From Macrostomum lignano (lineage: Eukaryota): a stretch of 64,000 nucleotides of DNA. The position numbers were made by a program, and so were the translations under genes. Of the stretch, positions 1-9,021 are shown piece by piece; within the stretch, counting starts at the first letter, position 1; each line of letters opens with the position of its first letter. The notes under the pieces are model-generated. The model had not been told where the DNA came from, made no database searches, and worked only from the letters and a program-made list of their open reading frames with translations. The stretch lies in NCBI GenBank assembly GCA_002269645.1, contig NIVC01000869.1:186001-250000 (forward strand). The letters run 5' to 3'.

Positions 1-35
1 GAGTGATGAAGGCGGGCCGCTGCACCACCACCCAC

Positions 36-418
36 CTGTCCAAACGGCCCATGCGCAGGTTGGCCACGGAGAGGCCGGCGGCCTGCGCGGCTTCCAAGAT
101 GGCACCGGCCTTGGCGAAGGCGGCCGGCTTCACCAGCGCGCAGGTCCGCTCGGTGCGCTGGCCGAGGCGCCGCTTCGTGAAGTCGTCGCCGTAGTCAATG
201 AAGGTGAGCTGGCGGGACAGCACGTTGACGGTGTTGCCGATGAACAGGTCGGCGAGCTTCAGGTTGTCCACGGTGGTCCGGCGAAGGAAGGAGCGCCGGT
301 TTTTGAGGTCGAACATCTCGACAGTGTTGTCGGCGGTATGGTAAAGCAGCTGGTAGCGGCGCACGATGGCGGCCTGTGGATCGAACCACTCGGCGATGAG
401 GGCGAACCGTTCGTCAGC
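36..418 (-). CDS. NME7: Internal coding exon of nucleoside diphosphate kinase 7 (DM10 domain plus start of NDK domain A)
   Basis: The minus strand reads ADERFALIAEWFDPQAAIVRRYQLLYHTADNTVEMFDLKNRRSFLRRT...LFIGNTVNVLSRQLTFIDYGDDFTKRRLG...TCALVKP, colinear with the vertebrate NME7 N-terminus as I recall it (ERFVFIAEWYDP...LFIGNKVNVFSRQLVLIDYGD). Acceptor ccactttcag ends at 419 and the donor GT is at 35-34. The exon is 383 nt = 127 codons + 2 with no stop. It is absent from the ORF track because it is spliced. Confidence 0.93.
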
Positions 419-3289
419 CTGAAAGTGGGGCAGTAGCAAGCGCTTGCTATTGGAGCTTCCATTTCAGAGAAGAAAATATAACAAAATAAATTAATATATT
501 GTTAATGGCAGAAGTAAAACTGAATTACCAAGGAAAAACAAGCTGTAAAATTATAAGTCAAGGTTCAAAAAAAATTCATAAACTTTTAAAAAATTTATAA
601 TATCAAGATATTAAATAAAGAGCATCTGTGAATATAGAATTCTATATAGCCTCCAATTGCCAGACATAATGAACTAAATACCAATACCATAGGGCCAAGA
701 GTTGCCAGTTTGGCAATAGCAAAATAGAAAATGAAAACATCTATTTGAATTGATGATAACCCAATCTAGAGGCTTCAAATAACTGAGATATTATTCTTCA
801 ATCAAATGCCTATTTAGCAATTCTAATAAAATTTTATATAAAAAACTTGTATGAAACTTAATTCAACTTAAATACTACTACTTAAACAATATTATCTATA
901 ATTTTCAATAAACTCTGCAGAATTATTATGTTTTTTGAATTTAGGTTCATTTTATTAAAAGTCTTGTAAAAGTTAGTAGATAAAGAGCCTAGAGGCAATT
1001 AATTCCCTTAGTTACTTTAAACTATGTATGGCTAGTGAAATACAACAATTCATTGTCAAATGCTAACTTATGTTGGGACATAAAAATCGATTGAATATTT
1101 ATCAGATTTAAATTGTTTCTTAAGTTGTCCGTCAACAGCTTTTTTATACGTTGTTGACCGATGGACGGCTAAAATCAAATAGAAAATTTGAAAAGGAATT
1201 GAACGCAAGCTTTGACGCGGACTATACGATGTAAAGTAAGCCGATTAAACGATTGATAATTTTGTCTCTCTTTGGTTAACGCTAGCACCTCTGGCTCTGA
1301 GAGACTTGAAAAAACAAAAAAATTAATAGTACAAGACTTCGAAGTACAAAATATGCTATAGTTAATAACAACTTGGCTTTGAATTGAAGTAGCGAAATTG
1401 TATTTTTCGAGGTCGAATGCCTGACGCTTAAAATACCATCGATACGAAAATATTCCTCTATATACATCAAAAAAGTAAAATAAGAAATAAACTAAAAAAA
1501 TATTATTCCTGCATCAAACATTTTACGCTTTTTAACAAGAGAAAAATATTTATGTTTACTTTTTGTTATACACGTTAATCGTTTTATTATTTCAACTTCA
1601 TTGTCAGGAACGATTTGTACCGATTAAAAAAATGGGTCCCAATAATTTGAAATCGTCATTTATTCAAATAATCCACCTGTATTTTGAAAATCTTTGGGAC
1701 TTTATTGCATTGTTTCGGTTCTGTCGGATTTACTCGTCTAGAATTGTATAACGCTCATATATCGATCGTTTTTTCAACGGGAACAAGTTTTATATTTACC
1801 TTTTAAGTCAGATGTGATCGGGGATTTGTAGGGGAAATGTCCATTGTACCGTTCCCAGCTTTGCTCAAAACCGAGGGATCCATTCAAAAGTTCTTATGGT
1901 GGAAGCCTGTTGCAACTTACATGTACCTACCTGCTGGCCACTCCGATAAGCTGCTGTATCAACAGAGAGCTGTTCTGTCCCATTGGCGTGTTTCTCTTCA
2001 CAGTGCACATTCCAGCGGCTACAATTGCAGTGTCTACCTTCCAGACAATCTGGGTAAGTACGTGCTGCATTGCCCAGGATCTCTGCAACACAAAGTACAA
2101 AGCTCCATCGTAGCTCGTACATTGAATTACACCGAACGAAGAATACAAATTCTGTAGCACACCCTACATGTATACGTGACCGTTCCCCCCCCCCAACTCA
2201 CGCTGTTACGCAGCAAAAAAATTAAGCAATGACTCTGAATGGCAGAGTGGCAAAAGGCAAAAGTGAATGGCAATGGCAAGTGTCATCACTCTCGTCATCA
2301 TGGCATCCAATCACCTATGCAGCCGCGGTTGATGAACTCTTGGTGCAGCTGCTGCCAGACATTCAAAACCGCCTGTCGCAACGGTTCAGCATTCTGCGCG
2401 GCTGCTAAACTCTGAATGCTCGGTGGAGCTAGGTTTATGTCGATTTGAGGAGACTTTGACGGCCTGTTTAAATGTGCGTATTGCTTTGCACAACACTACC
2501 CCTCACGGCCGTTCCTTTTACTTGGTATACCCCACTTTGCGTTGGCGTCTGGCGACGGCAGCCATTTCTAAATCGCCGATGGCATGCAAAACTTTTGGGC
2601 CGTGTGGCAGCGCGACAAGGACTACAAATGGGCGTTGCCATGGATTTTAAGGTGGGGAGGTCGCCAAGAATTCAGCATGCACATCATGACTAATGACATG
2701 ACATGACTAAATTCCTACAATTCCATTATTTTGATAATCGTGTTGTCAGCGCTCATTTTGGCGCCACAGGTACTCACTTTAGCGCCACAGGCACTCATTT
2801 TGGCGCCGCAGGCATTCCTTTTGGCGCCCTGAAGAAACATTATTTATTACCACAACGAGTCGCAAGGTGGGGGGGGCACAAAGCATTGGCATGTCCCCAT
2901 CATAGCATGTCCCCCCTGTCCCCCCCTTTGGCGACGTGCCTGATCGGACTATTCAAGTAGATCAGGACGGGAAGCTACGTTTCTTAGAAAGTTAAGGAGG
3001 CCGGCTGGTTTTCGCCGAAAAATACACTATGGAGATAGAGAGTTTCATTCTTTCAGCACAAAAATTGTTGTTGCTTTCAATAGGAGGCGGAACCAGAGTT
3101 CATCTTTTGGTATTTTTTACCTCTCTTTATATAATAACATAATTTTGAATTAATTACACAAAACATGTTTTTCATTTTTCTGTTTGGTGTTTATATTTTC
3201 TTCTAATTACTAACAATAACTATAAGTTGCGCTATGAGTTGTTGAACAAGCTCAGCTTGCAGTAATTGTCTCCACAGTCAGCTGTCACC

Positions 3290-3681
3290 GCAGGCAGTTG
3301 TCTGTGCAGGGAGTTTGCAGGCAGTTGTCTGTGCAGGCAGTTTGCAGGCAGTTGTCTGTGCAGGCAGTTGTCTGTGCAGGCAGTTGTCTGTGCAGGCAGT
3401 TGTCTGTGCAGGCAGTTGTCTGTGCAGGCAGTTGTCTGTGCAGGCAGTTGTCTGTGCAGGCAGTTGTCTGTGCAGGCAGTTGTCTGTGCAGGCAGTTGTC
3501 TGTGCAGGCAGTTGTCTGTGCAGGCAGTTGTCTGTGCAGGCAGTTGTCTGTGCAGGCAGTTGTCTGTGCAGGCAGTTGTCTGTGCAGGCAGTTGTCTGTG
3601 CAGGCAGTTGTCTGTGCAGGCAGTTGTCTGTGCAGGCAGTTGTCTGTGCAGGCAGTTGTCTGTGCAGGCAGTTGTCTGTGC
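3290..3681. repeat. 16-bp minisatellite (GCAGTTGTCTGTGCAG)n, about 24 copies
   Basis: Near-perfect tandem array. The 16-aa periodicity of the overlapping ORFs equals 3 x 16 bp, so those ORFs are repeat artefacts. Confidence 0.97.
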
Positions 3682-4690
3682 TAGCATTTTATCATCTCTG
3701 CTACACATTTTGTTTCACAGTCAGCTAAGAATGATAAAATAGATTCCTAAAACCAAATAGCCGAGCCGTGCCATTTTAATGGTTTGTATAGGCACAGGAC
3801 ATATATAACTGTAGGCAGTCGTTATTTGCACGGTAACTGAAATAAATACCCTATAAATAGTTATTTTATCAGGGACTACTCAATATTTGTCCCTGTATCT
3901 TTTATTTTGAGTTTAAACTAAACTCAAGCCGGTAGATGGAGTGTAGGCGTGTTTTATATGCTTATATGGCTTAGCGTTTTCTATTAGTTCGTACTTTCTA
4001 TAATTCAAAGTACGAATTAACGCTGGATTTCTGTCCCACTTTGCCAAGGACACAAACGTCTATTGCACAATAATAGTAATACCCAGGGACTACTAAAACT
4101 ACAGGGATGCGAAACAAGCCAAATAATGGTGAAAAAAGTTGGGGGCTCGTTTGAAAGCAGCGCTCTATGGCCGTTCCAACTGCAACTCTTCAGTCTAAAG
4201 AGGTGTGAGGGCAAATAAAAAGCCCTCAACTCTTGTGCGACTGTGAAAAATGTCGAGAAAGTGTAGCGTCTTTAACTGCAAATCAAACTATAATTCAGAA
4301 GAAAGCCGAACAACGATATTTTCTCTTCCTTGAGATGCGCGAGAACGGGAGCGTTGGAGACAAACCCTACCAAATATTTTTGAGGTAATTCTAAGCGATC
4401 ATACGCTGGTATGCGTGGATGAATTTATTGCAAACTAATTGTTAAAAATAACCACTGCGATAAAATTTACCATTCTAGAAAGTGACTGAGCACATGGGCA
4501 CGTGCCAAAAGCACTGGCCAAGTGACACCCCATGTTAAAGAATATGAAAGACCGAAAGATCCGCCTTCTGTCTTATCTGGCTTTCCCTCTTCGTGCTTGA
4601 TACAGACGGACAGACAGACAGTTTTTATACCCCCAAACTTCTCCGTTCGCGCATTCATTATGCATACGCCAGTTTTGATTCGAGCCTTGC

Positions 4691-4952
4691 AACAATTGGC
4701 AAACTGAATCCAATGGAACCTTAACTATTCAACCGCCAGGTGCAGACAGTTATATCGGCCAAATAGATGGACGCGATCCGACTGTAATCAGAAGAATATC
4801 ACGTTGTCAATCGAACGGAATTAACCCATGAAGCTTGCTATCCTTCAGTTCAAGCATACAGAAAAACGAAGGTAACACTCGCTCTCCAAGTCTTCAATGA
4901 AAAGGTTGTTGCAGCACTGAAGTGCGACGGCTCCATAGACACGGCAGTATAA
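4691..4952 (+). pseudogene. Remnant of a P-element/THAP9-type transposase
   Basis: Broken frames give NNWQTESNGTLTIQPP, then AK*MDAIRL*SEE, then RTELTHEACYPSVQAYRKTKVTLALQVFNEKVVAAL. This resembles the NNW...AxW...KxKVxLAxQxF segment of P-superfamily transposases. It has stops and a frameshift. Confidence 0.6.
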
Positions 4953-5698
4953 GTCATCGGCTTACGAATGTTTATTTTAAAGGCCTGGTAAAGCGCTCAT
5001 CGAAGGTTGCACCTGCGCCGACTACATCGCACGACAGAAAGCTACGCAAACTGGGAGGCCAGTGAATTTGCGGTATAGTTTTTAGTATTCTGTCTTTGGA
5101 GTTTTAAATTTTCTAATCCGAAATCTTTCATATCTAGCTGCTCCTCATCTGGGTTCGTCCTATAATTCTTTCTGTTTAGTCCTGATTTTCTGTGTTCTAT
5201 TCTACGAGTACGAGTTGCCGTGTACTTTTGTTAACACACCATTTCATGCTTTTAAACTTTTTTCTCTTGTGCTTATCTCACATGCTTAAATATATGTAAT
5301 TTTCGCTTAGTACCCCAGTTTTTCCTATACAGTATACAGGTCCCCGTATAAGTTCCTCCTCAAATAAGTTATTTAGTTCCGTTCCACGATATACACACCA
5401 TGCTAAGTTTAAACCTTTTCTTCGTGAATATCTCACGTGTCTAATTGTATGTCATTGTGCTCTGTACGGCCGTTTTTTGTACTCAAAAAAAATTTAAAAC
5501 TGAATAAAAAACCTTTTAGACAACTGACTGAACCTTTTAAAGCAAAAATAATATTGTGGCCTTAGTCTTTTCAGCAGCTAAGCTTAGCATCTGGCGCCCA
5601 TAGACTCAAACGAGCCCGCAACTTTTTCGCCATGATTTGGTTTGTTTCGCGTCCCGGTAGTTTAAGTTGTCCCTGAGTAATATTCTTTCCTCCATGAC

Positions 5699-6535
5699 TA
5701 TACCTTTTTGCGATCTAGTTTGCCAAAACTGCAATCAATTTTGCATGCGGAAAAATATCACTTATAATTTTGCTGTCTAGGCCAAGTCTGCTCAGTCATG
5801 ACCAGAGTTTCAGCCACAGACAACTCTTTGAAAACTGAAATCAATTTTGCCAAAAAGCAATTGTTTTTTACTCTTTTTACTCTCCCATGAAAGCTGACTG
5901 CACAAGAATCCATAAGAGCCTGTTGATTTCAACACAAGTTTTGGCCATAGACTAATGTTAGCCAGGCTGAACACTGCGCGCAAACCGATTCCTTCCCATG
6001 TGTGTTTGCTCCATAGACTCAGCAACCATAGACAATTGCTTGTTTGTCTTTTCCTCACTTTTTTTCTCTAACCTTTATGTACATAACACTGGCCTGTTCA
6101 CACGCGCTTCTTCGAATAAACTTTTTCTTGACCACATCATGGAGCTGAGATTCGCAGCTTTCATTTGAATCAAGTTACAATTGAAACGGACTGAAATTAT
6201 GTCCGCTAGAAGACATCGTAGCAAGGGTTCCGGAACTTTTGACGGACAGTATAGCATTAAAGTTTGACTTACGATTGTGTAGACAACGTCAATAATCTAT
6301 GTTTTAGCCCAATTATTCGCAGCTACATGCAGTTGAATGAATAAATATAGCTTTATACGATCATACTACCGAACAGAGAGTAGTTTTGCTAAATAAAGTC
6401 GAGTGAACCATGTGGTATTTAGTATCTGTGGTCATGACTGAGCAGACTTGGCATAGACAGCAAAATTATAAGTGATATTTTTTCCGCGGGCAAAATTGAT
6501 TGCAGTTTTGGCAAACTAGATCGCAAAAAGGTATA
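5699..6535. mobile_element. Foldback/MITE-like element with ~105-bp inverted arms (5699-5803 / 6429-6535)
   Basis: The arms are near-identical reverse complements (tatacctttttgcgatc...gtcatgacca). The spacer is non-coding. Confidence 0.7.
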
Positions 6536-6698
6536 TTGATGTATGTTGTTGTCTTTCTGTTGGAGTTTTTTATTCATTGAAGTCGGCCATAGACAATTGC
6601 AGCGGGCGAGATTCACTTCGAGAAGGCAAATTGAGCCGCAGAGAGAGAGAGAGCGACGAGGTTTAAAAACACCCGCCACCCCGGGGGTGGGTGGCGAT

Positions 6699-7455
6699 CA
6701 TGGATGAATGAATAGAATGGATTGCTATTCTGGCTCTGGCTATTTTCGTTTTTAACTCTTTTGCATCCGGTTCCCCCCGTGCCTTTTCATTGGTTGATGA
6801 TTGCCATAGACAATTTTCGGCCTTCGCCCCTTTCTTTCGATGCACAAGCGCTTTCGCTCGTGTTTTGAAATAAAGGGGAAGACCTACAAGCACGATTCGA
6901 GAGTCGATTCGTCTACAATAAAATCAGTTCTTTGCGCTTGTTGTTGTTGTTTACTCACTGCTTATTTTACTTTTATCACTACCATGCCTAATGGCTCAAA
7001 GCGCTACTGTGCTGCACTAGGATGTCTATCCAAGTCAGGGATGCGGGACGACACTGGAGTGAATATCAGCTTCTTTTCTTTTCCTGTCAAATCTCCACTT
7101 CAACTTGTCAGGCGTCAGAATCTGTCATCGCACCCTCATCATCACCCTCGACATGAAAATCTGAAATCATTACTGTTGTAATTTGCAGGGGATTTGTTAT
7201 CATTCCTCTGCTTCAATTAACAACTCCAATTGACAAATAAGTAACCAGAGAATATCGAGCGCTCGATATTCTCTGCAAGTAACTGACATTCTCAGTTCTT
7301 TGCGCTTGTGCATCGAAAGAAAGGGGCGAAGGCCGAAAATTGTCTATGGCAATCATCAACCAATGAAAAGGCACGGGGGGGAACCGGATGCAAAAGAGTC
7401 AAAAACGAAAATAGCCAGAGCCAGAATAGCAATCCATTCTATTCATTCATCCATG
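6699..7455 (+). mobile_element. Foldback element with ~153-bp inverted arms (6699-6851 / 7302-7455) enclosing a truncated THAP zinc-finger start
   Basis: Arms are reverse complements. An internal ATG at 6984 reads MPNGSKRYCAALGCLSKSGMRDDTGVNISFFSFPVK, matching the THAP M-x-C-x4-C...F-x-F-P pattern, and the similarity then stops. Confidence 0.65.
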
Positions 7456-7692
7456 GTGGCGATGGACATATCAACGCGCTGGACAAACCAGTTTATTTCA
7501 CCCCGTTTCAACACACTTAGACTAACTATAACTGACTCGAAAACGTTGGCTTCTGGCTGCAGCCATAGACAAAAAACAAAATGTTTTCTAATATTGACTA
7601 GCTCACAAGTTTATCTACATCACCCCAGTAGAGGAAAAGAGAAAAATATCTTCAAACAAATTTGAAGCGAAAATTCTGCCCAAACGACAGCA

Positions 7693-9021
7693 ATGGAAAC
7701 AAAACGCATATTTCTTCTCGCCTGTGCCTTAATGGCGCTAATCATTGTTACTAATCACTATTCCCGGAAACAAACTGCATCACCTCGGAGTCGTATCCCT
7801 TCCGGGCCCAACAATTTGACCGCTTCAAAAGTACATCTCATTCGAAACAAAGGCCTGACCGCTGAAGAGTCGCTGCCAACGCTGAGCGATGTCGAAATGA
7901 TCAAGAACTGTCCTCCGTACAACGAGCTCCGCAACGTCGACTTCACGAACCCCAGCCTGCAGCACCGGCTGTGTCAGGAGACGCCGGCCTTTAACGTTAA
8001 TGAATTACTTAAATACTATCAGAATTATGTCAAAAATGAAGCCTACGCCGTTCCCCAATATACTCCCACCGAGTTCCTAGATATTCATTCAGTTGTTGTG
8101 TTTGATCTAACCGCACAAAAAGATAATATAGCTGGAAATGTACTTAATTATGAGCTACAGATTGCTAAAACCGGTGCTCAGGCGGTTGACGCACACGCAC
8201 TATTCTTAATTGAGCACGCTGTTGATATAGATGTAAGTGGCGTTGTTACTCATAAAAAACTAAAAATTAGAAAAATTATTTACTTAAAAATGGTAAAAGC
8301 AAAACATAATAAAATATTTCCAAACGATCCTTTTCTTTGTTTAGTAATTGGGGGATCGGGTAAAGGAAAAACACACTTTGTTTATGACCTGTTAACAACC
8401 GATGGAATGCTAGACTATAATAATTTAATAATTTATACTAACAAACCCCGAATTAAATATTATGAATTTCTTAAACATGCATTAAAAAATAAATTAAAAA
8501 AAGAAATTTTGTTTAGAATGTTAAGAGCTTATGAGCAATATGAGGATGATGACGAACCGCGATTTAATCTAGATGACATTGAGGGTTTAGTGTTTAATAG
8601 AGCCGCTCAAAATCCAGAAAATATAGACAACAATTCTCCAACTGTTAAAATATCAACCCGATTATCCTATGAGCAAATTCCAAAACATGATAAAACACTA
8701 ATTATTTTTGACGATTGTATTAACGACGGCGATCAAGAATTGCAAAAAGACATTTTTGTTAGTGGTAGAGGAGATGGAATTGGCGCGTTTTATCTAACAC
8801 AGTCCTTTAGAGAATTACAATCGATTATAAAAAAGAATGCTAGCTGTTGTGTAATGTTTGATTTAGATAACTATGATCTACAAAATATACACGCGAGATT
8901 TAACCCAAAAATTTGGGATGATAGTCAATACAAACACATATATATCAACCCTAGGTTAGAAAGGAGAAATCGAATTTTAACAAATTTGATAAAAGAAGAT
9001 AGTGTGACGTTGCTAGTTTAA
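7693..9021 (+). CDS. 442-aa chimeric ORF: host-like signal-anchor leader + Polinton-type major capsid C-terminus + packaging ATPase
   Basis: Residues ~1-100 are GC-rich, with a hydrophobic stretch IFLLACALMALIIV. There is an abrupt switch to AT-rich codons near 7995. A capsid-like segment, a K/I-rich linker and the ATPase from Met at 8290 follow. The last five residues (VTLLV) are read from the inserted LTR. Confidence 0.7.
   Translation: METKRIFLLACALMALIIVTNHYSRKQTASPRSRIPSGPNNLTASKVHLIRNKGLTAEESLPTLSDVEMIKNCPPYNELRNVDFTNPSLQHRLCQETPAFNVNELLKYYQNYVKNEAYAVPQYTPTEFLDIHSVVVFDLTAQKDNIAGNVLNYELQIAKTGAQAVDAHALFLIEHAVDIDVSGVVTHKKLKIRKIIYLKMVKAKHNKIFPNDPFLCLVIGGSGKGKTHFVYDLLTTDGMLDYNNLIIYTNKPRIKYYEFLKHALKNKLKKEILFRMLRAYEQYEDDDEPRFNLDDIEGLVFNRAAQNPENIDNNSPTVKISTRLSYEQIPKHDKTLIIFDDCINDGDQELQKDIFVSGRGDGIGAFYLTQSFRELQSIIKKNASCCVMFDLDNYDLQNIHARFNPKIWDDSQYKHIYINPRLERRNRILTNLIKEDSVTLLV
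7999..8253 (+). pseudogene. C-terminal ~85 aa of a Polinton-like double jelly-roll major capsid protein
   Basis: EFLDIHSVVVFDLTAQKDNIAGNVLNYELQI...AHALFLIEHAVDIDVSG fits the F-x3-y-x3-vFDlt-x-q...v-x3-l...ayali C-terminal pattern of Polinton/adintovirus MCPs. It lies immediately upstream of the ATPase. Confidence 0.65.

Noticed and set aside
1-440. GC-rich start of the window as bacterial contamination
   Set aside because: It is a spliced eukaryotic NME7 exon with canonical AG/GT boundaries.
1837-2960. Possible host exon or hAT-type transposon remnant (donor GGTAAGT at ~2053, G/C-rich end at ~2942)
   Set aside because: I could not recognise a protein family, a partner TIR or a TSD.
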